A stretch of 53,394 nucleotides of DNA, counting the filler, from Sphacelaria rigidula (taxonomy: Eukaryota), in NCBI GenBank assembly GCA_964200075.2. It is 3 parts of 3 records of this genome, joined end to end, with 100 filler letters (N's around TTAATTAATTAA, not from the genome) between each part and the next. Parts side by side here need not be neighbours in the genome. Positions count along the whole stretch, not along the records: positions 1 to 17,736 come from CAXNAA020001006.1; 2 more parts are not named here. One strand, written 5' to 3'. The position numbers and the translations under genes are program-made. Below are positions 1 through 10,900 of this stretch, one piece after another (the first letter of the stretch is position 1; each line of letters begins with the position of its first letter). The notes under the pieces are model-generated. The model was not told the origin of the DNA, searched no databases, and saw only the letters and a program-made list of their open reading frames with translations.

Positions 1-299
1 AGATGACGTCTGTATTTGTGATTGCTACGATTGGCTCAATTACGGGTCATTTTTTCTACAGTGGATAGTGGTCGGTCCATTTTACAGATATATAGTGCCC
101 AAAATCGGGCCCCATTCATCCCCATAACTGTAGTGCAGTTGAGATGTGTGCATGCAGCGTGTTGCCAACACCAGCCGCAATGCAGTACAGACCACTGTCC
201 ACGCACCCAAGCCTTGTGGAGACAGGACCGTACTGTACACACAATACTAATACTATACTATACGTAGTGCTGGTACCGTGTTATTAGTAGTACAGTCAA

Positions 300-860
300 T
301 ACACATGGCACAGCACTGTCTCTACTGCCATCCGTGTTGTCCGTACAGTAAAATGTTACGAAGTAAATATTACCGTGCCGCGCAATAGTACAACCACCAG
401 TTCCACTGTCAGTGATTACAGCAAGGGGGTGCCCTTACTAATAAAGTATTGCGTCATGCAACCCACCATGTGCTGCTTAGTCAACACTGCAGTACAGTAC
501 GGGCCATACACCACGACGCAACAGCAGAGCGCTGTCTCTCTCTCGCGCCCCAGATTGATTGATTGATTGGTTGATTGTCGCACTTTAACTGACCCCCCAG
601 GGGTACAGCCGTGGTCTCATGATGGACGTACCCAACAAAAACAAAACTGAAATACTCGCTGAAGAGAAAAAGGATCAGAAAAAAAAAACAGAACTCGAAA
701 GCTATCCCGAGACGCCTTGTAGAAAACGATGGAAACTGTTCCTTCCGGATTCGATAGCGTCGTGATGAGCACATATGAACGGTTGCTTCATAAAAAACTG
801 TTGGAAAACGTGATATTGAAAAAACGGCTCTCTTGATAATGGCTTTTTCTCACATACAAA
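300..860 (+). repeat. Diverged dispersed repeat block, copy 1 (copy 2 at ~4110-4530)
   Basis: Shared collinear motifs: cagcaagg.ggtg, gcgtca.gca.cccaccatgt, acaccacgac.c.acagcagag.gctg, tagaaaacgatgga, aaacgg.t.t..tgataa.gg. Copy 1 is interrupted by an insertion at ~555-690. Confidence 0.7.
554..690 (-). mobile_element. Probable 3' end of a non-LTR retroelement (LINE/SINE) with an (AATC)n tail
   Basis: On the minus strand the segment ends in ...aagtgcgacaatcaaccaatcaatcaatcaatc. It is absent from the homologous block at 4110-4530. Confidence 0.5.
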
Positions 861-889
861 ACCAAAACTTGTCGAAAAATTGACACTTG

Positions 890-1735
890 TTCGTCGTTTT
901 TCGCCCGAAAAGAGGGTTAGGTGGATGTTGACACCTTGGAATGACTCAAATGACGCTCTATTCGTTGAGAGCACTCCGGAGCATCTTTGCACTTTCCGTA
1001 GGTCATGGTTTTGTTTTTGTCCAAACTTGAATTTTCGCTAACAAACGGTCAAGTCTTGAAAAAAAAACATTTTTTCTTATATCTGATGACTTGGCCGTTT
1101 GTTATTGAAGATGCATTTTTGGCGAAGAATGAAAGTGTGACCTACGGGAGACGCAAAGATGCTCTGGAACCGTCTCAGCGAGTAGAGCAAGTCATTCCAA
1201 GGTGTCAACAGCCGCTCAGCCCTCTTTTCGGGGGAAAAACGACGGAGAAGGGCCAAAAATTCGCTTTTCAACAAGTTTTGGATTTTGATACATGAGACGT
1301 AGCCTAAGGCTTCTTATTATGTATCAAAAGAACAATCTTGTTGAAAAGTGTATTTTTGGCCCTTCTCTGTCGTTTTTCCCCCGAAAAGAGGGGTAGGTGG
1401 ATGCCGACACCTTGGAATGACTTGCTCTACTCGCCGAGGCCGTTCCAGAACACCTCTGCGTTTTCCGTAGGTCACGGTCTTGTTTTTGGCCAAACTTGCA
1501 TTTTCAATAACAAATGGTCAAGTTGCCGAGAAAATGTCAGTTTCCCCCCTGTCTTCAGATAACTTGACCGTTTGTTATTGAAAATATAAGTTTGGCCAAA
1601 AACGAAACCGTGACCTACGGGAGACGCAAAGATGCTCTGGAACCGTCTCAGCGAGTAGAGCAAATTCCAAAATGTCAACAGCCGCCTCGTCCTCTCTTCG
1701 GGGGGGAAACGACGGAGAAGGGTGATAAAATGCAC
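890..1735. repeat. Array of four ~170-190-bp units in alternating orientation (foldback-like)
   Basis: Units at ~890-1055 (-), 1088-1280 (+), 1335-1524 (-), 1561-1735 (+), with core gtgacctacgggagacgcaaagatgctctggaaccgtctcagcgagtagagcaa; overall period ~475 bp. A diverged partial unit lies at ~15925-16085. Confidence 0.9.
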
Positions 1736-2002
1736 TTTGCAACAACTTATATTTTTTTTTACATAGGAAGTAGCCTTCTTCTGTATAAACTCTATCAAAA
1801 ACATATTTTCTGATAGATGACCAAAAATCCACTTCTCATATGGTCAGCAAACGTATTCTTAATTTAAAATGTTCTGATAACATTTTCCGATAGCCCAAAG
1901 ATATCAGATAGCTTTCGGCTATCGAAAAATGTCGAAAAATGTCATTGAAAACACGTTTGAAACCCCGCCGCACGTCAACACCCTCCAGCCCATGACAGCA
2001 GC

Positions 2003-4093
2003 CATGATGGCTTTGGCTGCCATCACCACTGCTGCCGCTGGTGCTCGCGGGCAGTCAGCGTGTTGCTTCATTATCCTTCGCTTGCCAGTATCGTGGCGAC
2101 CCTGTACCCCATGAACACAGCACAGGGCAGGGTCGATGACGAGTGCGGTACAAAACCTCTGTAGTTTGCATAGTACTGTAGCTCAGTTCAGGTCTGTGCA
2201 TTCAGGGTGTTGCGAACAGCACTCGCAATGTAGTACAGACGGCCCACGCACCCAACTCTTGAAGAGACAGGACCGTACTGGCTGTACACGAAAGACTACG
2301 GATACAGGCTGCTTCACGGAGAAGACCCCACAAACACTCATCGGCAAAACTTCATGCCATTTTAGGGAATTAGACCCTGAAATTGTGCACAAGTGTTTTA
2401 TGAGTCATTAGGCAACTTTCCGAGGTCGAGGTTTCTTTACTTTTTCACTTTTTTCAACGTTTTTCAGGGATCCTAGTTTTTTCGGGGAAACTCCGATCCA
2501 TTCGGATCCCCGTAAAACGGTAAAAAACAAAAAAATCGGAGAACCTCGTTAATCCAAGGTTGCTTTATGTCCCATAGAACACCTGTGCAAAATTTCAGGG
2601 TCCAGCTTCTTGAAACGGCGTCAAGTTTTTCGCGTTTGTGCGATGAACTGTGCCGTGCCACGGTGTAATCGCAAACTACTAGATTTTAGTATAAAATAGC
2701 CCTTTTTGGACCTTCCTTGACGTGAACATGGAAATTCAAGCACCCGTTTATTGAGTTTGGCTTCGAAAATTTCTGGGGCCCTTTCTTGGATTTTGCGGCG
2801 ACCGGGCGTTATCATTACAAAAATTGAAAAAAAATCATAGCGCCGGTTTTCCGGGGTCCCAGAATGGACGACTTCGACAAAAAGACTTGGATCCCGTCGG
2901 ACCCTCCGAAAAACGGTAAACATTCAAGGGGTAGAAAAACCTCGTTGATCGAAACTTGCGCAGTGATTCATAGCATATATGTGCAAAGTTTCAGGGTCTA
3001 ATTCCAAATAACTGCGGGAAGGTTTGCGCGTTTGTGCGAGGCCGTTAGCTTAAAACGTGCAAACTTCTAACTACTTGGTTCTAGTATCAAAACGTCATCT
3101 TGGGGTGAATTTTACGTCAAGGCAAGAAAAATTATGAGATTTTCGAGTTTCTCCACCAGACTTTGTACATATGTTCCTTGGACTATCCCGGGACGCATCA
3201 TGTTATTCTTTTTCTTTTGAGTCATGTTGTATCGCCTTCCGGGGGTCTTTGTACTGGGACCCCCGGAAGCCGGTAGGAAACGGAGAGACTTTGCAATCTC
3301 GCCATCAACACAATTTTTTCATTTGAAGCACCAATACCTATGGAAGCGCCAAGTTTGAGGATGATCTGAGCTTTTCCACAACAGATATAAGGGAAATCGT
3401 CGCGAGGCTCCCGGAGTCTTTTGTACGTATCATGAGCGGAAATTAGACGACGCCAAAACTCCACATCACCGAAACATGAGGGTTTCGAGTATAATTCGAC
3501 CCCGTTGGGACCGTTTTAAAATATGTTTGTCCCGTTAGATTCCTGAGGTGATGACGGTCAATAATTTTTAAAGCATGTGGAGGTCCAGTGAGAATTGGGC
3601 TAGGAATTCATGTTTGCAATTTCAGAACAATTTGAAAGGCGCTGATTGATCGAGACACATTTTTGTCCACAGCGTCACCGCTTTAGTGTTGAACAAAATC
3701 TGGCTATGTCACCCTCTTTGTCTGTTCATTGCGGTCAGTATGATACCATGTATGCGATTACTGGGTGCGTATTGCAGAAGGCATTTGCTTGGGTCTTTTG
3801 CGTGAACCAGCCTGTAGTGCTACTGTTGTAGTGTCTACAGGGCTTGGTCCGTGGGCCGTCTGTACTGCATTGCGAGTGCTGTGCGCGATACCCTGAATGC
3901 ACAGACCTGAACTGAGCTACAGTACTATGCAAACTACAGAGGTTTTGTACCGCGTTCGTCATCGACCCTGCCCTGTACTGTTCTCATGGGGTACAGGGCC
4001 ACCACGATACTGGCGAGCGAAGGACAATGGAGCAACACGCTGACTGCCCGCGAGCACCAGCGACTGCAGTGGTGATGGCAGCCAAGCCATCAT
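2003..4093. mobile_element. Non-autonomous DNA-transposon-like element with ~320-bp terminal inverted repeats
   Basis: 2003-2330 is the reverse complement of ~3790-4093 at high identity. The interior has repeated motifs (gtgcaaa.tttcagggtc) at ~2370 (-), ~2585 (+) and ~2980 (+). No transposase ORF; no TSD resolved. Confidence 0.8.
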
Positions 4094-4109
4094 CACTACA
4101 GCCAATGCA

Positions 4110-4530
4110 TCCAATACAGCACTGCTTTGTGTACTGTTGTCCGTGCTGTTCTTTCAGTCAAGTACCACCGTGCAGTGAAACAGCACAGCCGTCACTTCTA
4201 CAGTCAGTTAGTACAGCAAGGCGGTGTTCTTATTGATCGTCTTGCGTCACGCAGCCCACCATGTATTGCTCAGGCAATGTATTAATTACAACAGTAGTAC
4301 AGATAGACAGTACGGACAGCACACCACGACACGACAGCAGAGTGCTGCGTCTCTCTCGCACGCCCCAGCATTTGAAATTATTCCACAGACCTCATAGAAA
4401 ACGATGGACGGTTATTTTCCAATTTTGATAGTGCGTCGATAGAAAAAAAGGACTACTTTGAAAAAAATGTGGAAAGTCGTGTTGTTGACAAACGGTTTTT
4501 ATGATAACGGGTTTGTTCATACATAAGAAG
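4110..4530 (+). repeat. Diverged dispersed repeat block, copy 2 (copy 1 at ~300-860)
   Basis: Collinear similarity to 300-553 plus 700-860. Confidence 0.7.
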
Positions 4531-4588
4531 AAGGACCAAAAAAAAAAATTCTAACCTTTTTTTTGTTGCTACTATACAGCGGCCGTAA

Positions 4589-4686
4589 CCCTTAGACCGC
4601 AAGAGTAGTCCATCAGGATCACTTTTTTTTTCTTCAAGCGAAATTGATGCCGATTCACGAGGTGACCTACTCTCGTTGTCCAAGGG
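4589..4686 (-). mobile_element. ~100-bp piggyBac-like mini-element (CCCTT...AAGGG)
   Basis: Reverse-orientation homologue of 39704-39794; flanks GTAA and TTGA (degenerate TTAA). Confidence 0.65.
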
Positions 4687-5884
4687 TTGAGCGTCCTAGC
4701 TCATGCAAAGAAACTCAATGCCCCGCTTTTTGTTTCTCATTACTGTATGGCCAAGCGATTCGCGACCACCAATTTCGAAGCATTACTCTACTCTCAAAAC
4801 TTCGAGGCCAAAATGCCTGCAACCTACAGATCCATTTCTAGGCTGGCCCAGCTCGTAACGTAAAGCACCACGTGCCCAGTTGGTCAGCAGCTACCACTTT
4901 GAGCTAATTGAACATGTCATTCGTTCGCGGGGGCAGTGAGGTTCTCAATTCCACGTTTAGTTGTGTGAGGTGTATGTTTTACACCTTTCAGTGTGCGCCT
5001 GCGGTTAATACGTTCATGTCCCTGTAGCGAATATATTGCCGGTTCGCAAACAGCTCATGAAAAAAAGGCACTGGGCTTACAGATGGAGACAATAATTGTG
5101 AGTGGAAAGGTTTTTTGACAAACCATAGTCTTGGAATACACCCAAATGCGGCGATCTTTCTTCAATCAGATGAGAAAAACGAGTGGAATACGAATCAGAG
5201 AGTAGCTTCGATTGGCCCACACATTGCGCCGCTGCGACACAGACAGCTGCTACGGTCAATAAACAAGAATACAGCTGCTCCATGCCGCCTCAGGTTGTTT
5301 GCCCCAACCTACACGCACCCGCCTTGCCTGTCTCCTCCCATCACAACACCCAACTATAACTGAAGTACCAGAGAAGACGGAACAGACAGCTGCACAGCCG
5401 TCACGTGACGATTGTTTCCACCTTTTTGTTTGGAGAGGACTTTGATCCCACCCCAATTTTGTGCAGGCCGACACACAGCATGCAGCAGTACAACTGTTCA
5501 GGCACTCTCCAGCGCACATCGCACCGTGATCGTCGTGGAGTGTTAAGAGGCACAACAGCACAGCGACAACCATAGCATAGAAATTATGGGTTTGGAGAGC
5601 GCCGTATTCGTTTGACTAGAGACGAAACAGCCAACATACCATGAACGTTTCGACAGTACAGCGTGTAGAGAGCACTATGTGCCGACATTATTCTTCATAG
5701 AGACGAACGGAATAGCAATAAAGCAACTCAGGCATTCCCAGCAGAGGTCAAACCGTCTCCACAAAGGCCTGAAGACGTCACAGCGCAGCTACAGCACACA
5801 GGACAGAGCATGAGTGTGCTTGTGCTGCAGAACAGTGATACAGGACATGTCCCATTCAATAGTTCCTTCCCTGATTTCGGGTGG

Positions 5885-6300
5885 ATCCTCGATTTTTGCC
5901 CAGTGGCGATTTTCAAACACTCGACCAGAATCGCGCTCCGCGCAAAGATATTTTATTTCATTCTGGGCCTGTCTCGGCACTTTTATTTCGATCGAAAAAA
6001 TGGGGCGGTGGAATCGATCTGAGCGAAATTTTCTCGTTTTGATGCAGTTGGAGCCAGACGGATTTTCAAGCTTTCGATCGAATAAACACAGTGAAATTCG
6101 TGAAACGGCACATGGTCACTTGTGTACAGTACAGACAGTCTGTACTGTCTGCTCTGCTTGCAAGCAGTGTCTTGAATGCGTGTGTGCGTGTTTCGTGCAG
6201 GATGATATAAAGGAGAAGCGGGCAACGTGCAGTGCAGACAGCCTAGGACCATCAGTTCTCTCTGCTTACAATGCGACGTGAAAATGACTTCAGCAACGTG
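5885..6300 (+). repeat. Dispersed repeat fragment shared with ~52900-53290 (inverted)
   Basis: Shared caagctttcgatcgaa, gtgtgtgcgtgtttcgt.cag.a.gat.t.aa.gagaag..ggcaacgtgcagtgcagac and ctgcttaca.tgcgacgt. Confidence 0.75.
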
Positions 6301-7120
6301 CAGCTTTGTGCTGCCTGCACTGCATGAGCGTGCACGCAACTCGGTTGCCCACCGTACCACGCAGTTCTGTCGCTGGTGTCTGCCACGAGAGAAGATGCGC
6401 AAGTTTCGCCTACAAAAATAAACAAAGCACACCCGACTAATGCAAGGTATCTAGCTATCCCTGTGCTCAACTCGCGCTCTGTGCTGCAGGGTTGCGGTGG
6501 TAGCTGAGAATGAGTTGGATGGAGTTTGCATCGTCCCGTGAACAGGTGCTATTCGGCGTGGTGATCTGTAAGACAGGAGTGAAGTGCCGCTTCGTGCCTT
6601 TTGACCGCATGTTCCTTACCTCGTTGCATTCTTCTCCGCGAGCCGCTAATTATAATTTTGAGTTGAAGCCTTCTGAGAATATAAATGCGATGGACCCATC
6701 AGATCGTCAAAAAAGGGTGCTAAGACACGCCCTCTGAGTTACCCCCATCTGTGGGAGGTAAGCCGAAAAATATTCTCAAGCGTGCTTTTTAAATTTCGTT
6801 TGCGCACCAAGTGCGCACATATATTTTCCCGGTCTTCTCGGGGGGTGGTATTGCACCCACCAATCACACGTGAGCATATTTCGAGCAACAGATTTTTCTG
6901 CCTCGATAAGACATGGCCTAATAGGGATATCTCAAACTCTGTGAAATATACCGGGAACCTCGAGTTTGAGACACCTCTAACAAGCAGTGTCGGGGTGTTT
7001 GGATTGGACAGAAACTAGTGTCCCTTCTAGCGTCCGTGCAGTGATCGTGCACTGGACTGTACAATTCCCCAATAGACTGTACTGTATCAAGCAACACCAA
7101 GGCAAGCCAGCTGAGCGTAC

Positions 7121-7766
7121 CTGAATTTGAATATGCCGTTGGCGTAGTGACCGCGTCGGACAAAGATCACGCCGTACCAGATGCGGAGATGATTCACGCT
7201 CGGAATAACGAACACCCCCCCCGGTGCGTTTTGCTTCAGATGCTTGTACTCAATTGTGAGACGGTAGTCCTTCAGGGTCTGCAGCTTGTCGGGCTGGCGC
7301 ATTTTTCAGGGAGTTTGATGCGAAAATTCAGAAATGGGGTATCGGAAAAAATGCAAAGGAGTTTACATGCTTAATGAGTGACGAAAAGCTAGCGTACATG
7401 TAGATGTGGCGGCAAGCATAGAGCAGGGAATTCAAGAGGGCGTGCGTGCGTGCCATCCTATCTATTATGGACGCCACTCTGCACCAATCGGTAAATGCGG
7501 GTGCATCAGGCGGGATCACACTGTATGGGAGGTTTCATTTGAATGTACGGAAACTTAACGAAGAAGTTTTCGAGGTGTTGCACATTGATTCGTTGTACAG
7601 CTTGAATGCATTGAGACAATGGGAATCGAGGTGCTCTACATAACTGAGCTCTTTTGTCCAAGTCTAATGAGAGATCTTCGGGCTGAAATCATTACTCAGG
7701 GCTGTTAGTGCTTTTCATATATCTCACCACCGACAGCTCCATGTTTCCATGATCATCGCTCGCCAT
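7121..7766 (-). CDS. AKTIP/Ft1/crossbronx-like ubiquitin-conjugating-enzyme-fold protein; first two coding exons only (3'-partial)
   Basis: Exon 1 7766-7728 (MASDDHGNMELSV, donor GTGAGA, phase 0). Exon 2 7278-7121 (acceptor CTGCAG; TLKDYRLTIEYKHLKQNAPGGVFVIPSVNHLRIWYGVIFVRRGHYANGIFKF; donor GTACGC). The EY..L.....G..V.PS......W.GVIFVR.G.Y..G.FKF pattern is typical of the AKTIP/Ft1 subfamily. No further exon recognised in 1-7120, so the rest probably lies beyond the contig end. Confidence 0.85.
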
Positions 7767-7930
7767 TGCCGATGATGTACCCTTAATTATGTTGTACCGC
7801 ACCCTGCGGGTATACTGATACAGGTTGATCGCCGTTGATAGTGTCCTTCACTTGTGTACGTATTAATGTCATTTTCCAGACCCTGGGCGCGTGGCAATGG
7901 TGTCTAAGGATTCTCGCAGGGTGGGAACTG
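7767..7930. promoter_or_regulatory. Putative bidirectional promoter / 5' UTR region between two divergent genes
   Basis: Only 164 bp separate the predicted ATG of the AKTIP-like gene (7766, minus) and that of the PRRC2-like gene (7931, plus). No specific promoter motif recognised. Confidence 0.5.
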
Positions 7931-10900
7931 ATGGCTTCTCGAGGGGGGCGAGGATGGGCAGGTGAGTTGTGCTGCGCTTGTTGATTTCCGCTTCAATATG
8001 CGAGATTTCTTGTCTGCCCCAATGATGCACCGTCCACAGACTGTGGCCACAGGAATCAAGTGCACGAGTGACCACTGCTTCCCTCCTCAGCGAGCAAGCG
8101 ACGGGGAGGTTCGCCGGCGCCCTGAGCAGCAGCTCAGTTCCTTCCTCTGTGCTGCAAGTGTGCCCCGCCCCCAACCACACCCCAGCCTTGGTTTTTAGAT
8201 TCGACCAACTGACCTGTTCGTTTAGCGGTACTATTTTGGTGAGCCAAGACTGTTGCTGTACCAATTGTGCACAAAATAGGCCGGTTTGGGGCCTTCCAGC
8301 TCTTCCTTCGTGCTTCCTCTTGCGCTCATAAATGGAAACAAACCCCAACACCTATAATTGGCCTCCGCCCCACCTACTGTTGCAGGGCGCGGTTGCGATC
8401 TCCTGCATGAACTACTGGACGGGGTGGTTGCTTAGCGTACCCTAAGCGTACGAGTGTTTGTGTGGGCCATATGCTTTCTCCTGAACTTGGCAAGAAACAA
8501 CCGAAGATGCCAGGTCTTTCGAAGTCTAGATGGAACGAATCCTGGATGCCGAAGACGAATCAAAGAGTTACGATGTTTATATTGTATTTTATCTCTCGGG
8601 TGACAAACAACCGACCAGTTGTGTGCAAAATGCATTTGGTGGCCTCAGTACTCCGATCACACACTGCAACAGCTGTAATCCCACCACCACCACCACCACC
8701 ACCACCACCTCTCCCCTCGTGTTGGATGTCGAAGCAAGTATCCCGCAACACCAACATAGACATCAGCGGCCTGTTGAAAAAGTACTTGTCAGAAGTTTGT
8801 GCAATGTCTCCAGCAGTGTTTTCATGCGTGTTGTGCTCGGCACCGTGTCTACAGTTGCACTGCTGTTATGCCTGGAGCACGTGCCTTGTCTAGTTGGCGG
8901 TGGACGTTCTCTCGATTGCCGCCCAGGATAGATCAGTTGGCTGGAAGCGACTCTCCCGCTCTCAATTTTTCCCGCATTGTACCCTTGCACTGCAATCCAC
9001 GTGATGCCGGTGTTCGTGCGCTCTCGCAGGCGAAAAGTCGAAGCGGTTCATGATCGTGGGGACTAAAGACTCCGTACCGGTCGGCGCAAAATCTGGGGTT
9101 GTTGCGCCTGTCCCGATCAACACGCCTAGTCTCCGGCAAGAAATTCATGGTTCGCACGCCGAAAACACGGGTATACCCTCCATTACTCGGTCGAGTGCAG
9201 GAGGGGGCTGGGGTACCGTAGCGGGAGCCTCATCCGCGGGTAATGCTACAGACGGTGCAGGCGCAAGCGGGAAAGGAAGGGGCAGGGTCGGAGGGGATAG
9301 ATCTAAAGGAGGCGATGATGTTTTCACCCGCCACTTTCCCGATCTGCGCGCAGGACTTGAGCAGGCCGAGAAGCTGGACGCCGTGACAAAAGCTTCTAGT
9401 AAGGTCGCACCGCTTCGCAAGCCAAAGCCAGAGGCAGCCAAAGACCAGGGGCCTTCTCTCCGACCAAGGGGTGAGACGAAAGTCCTTATGGGTAGAACGA
9501 TGTCGCATCTACCGTAGACGCCGAACAGGGATTGTTGGCCCTTTACTAACGGAGCGGCTCCTCAAGTCTACCAATGAATGGCGATTGGCGTTGCTATCGA
9601 AATAAATCTGAACGAGCACTTGACATACAAAGGTTGATCAAATTTTCACGATTCGGCGATTGTCAGAACCTTGTTAATCCTAAACTCGAAGTGCTGGGAA
9701 TGAGGGTTATTTGTGGTTGATACTAGAGTAGTTTTGTGAGACCGTGATCACCCCGTGTTTTCGAGCTGCTACGGTAGCAGGGCGAGTGATGACCTTGAAT
9801 CGTCGACAGACTCATTTGTCGTCGATGGGCTGAACATGCAAGGATACGGTTCGAAAACACTTCTCTGCAACAACCATGCACGCCCCCTCCATCATGTCGC
9901 AGCCATGCTTAAACCGACGGGTAGCGCCGGGGGTGGGAGTGCTGCAACGGCCGCAGCCCAAGCAGCAATCAAGGACGCCGTGCACAATCGTGTGGCCGAA
10001 AAACCGAAGCCCGAGGAGCCTCGTAGGAACGGACCGAGCTTCGCCGATGAGATTAGCTCCAAGTCTCGATGGCCTGTGCGATCACAACTAGAAGGCGGAC
10101 AAACGGAAGGCGGTGGCGGAGGAAGAGGAGGGGGGGGTGGAGTAGGGGGACGAGGAGCATGGGATAGAAACAGGGAAGGAGGGCGAGGGAGAGGTGGAGA
10201 AAGAGGACGTGGTTATGATCGGGAAAGGAATAATAGAGACGGGTTTCAAGACAAGGATCGAAGAAATGGGGGATGGGGCTCAGACAGGAATGCCAGTAAC
10301 AGCAGGGCCAGGGAGTCCATCTTCGGGTCGGGGGGGCATGCGGGAATGGTCAACACCGATAATGAAAGCGCATGTGGGACCCTCAAGCCGACCACTACAT
10401 ACGTGAGGCAGCACGGTCCCCCTCCTCGTAGGGCATCAAGCCAAAGTGCCTCGACACCTAATAAAGCTCAGGTGTCGCCTCAGCAAAACGATGAGCAGAC
10501 GTCTGCCACCCACCAGCCTTCGTCGCGCTCTAGCGGTCAGTCAGATGCTGATCCTTGGAGTGCGACCGAGGCAACCAAGTGGCGCACACCCTTGTCGCCC
10601 GATGAACCAGCTGACACCCCTGAGGCTTCATCAACCCCGGATGTATCATCGTCTCAGTCCGGATCGTACGTACGAACTCATGGCCCACCTCGCAGAGGGG
10701 GTCGAGAAGGAGCCGGCGATGACAAGGGTTACAGTGCATCATCTTTGCGACCCGAAGGAGACCATGCAGCAGTTCGTGAATCCGATGCCACTGGCGAGGT
10801 GCTTGCTCGATTTCCAAGCGGTGGCGGGAGTTCTGAACAAAGTCGTGGCGGGACAGAACGGGAGTCATTCGGTAACGGGGAGCGTAATCTCAGCGGCCGA

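Noticed and set aside
890..1735. CRISPR-like repeat-spacer array
   Set aside because: Units are ~180 bp and alternate in orientation, there are no cas genes, and the context is eukaryotic.
5728..5980. Third exon of the AKTIP-like gene (IHPKSGKELL resembles FHPLV...SGELD)
   Set aside because: It overlaps a dispersed repeat shared with 52900-53290 and lacks the expected preceding P..YP segment; no phase-2 acceptor was identified.
7869..8351. 160-aa minus-strand ORF as the first exon of the AKTIP-like gene
   Set aside because: It overlaps the plus-strand first exon and intron and no suitable donor was found; the 39-nt exon at 7728-7766 fits the phase better.
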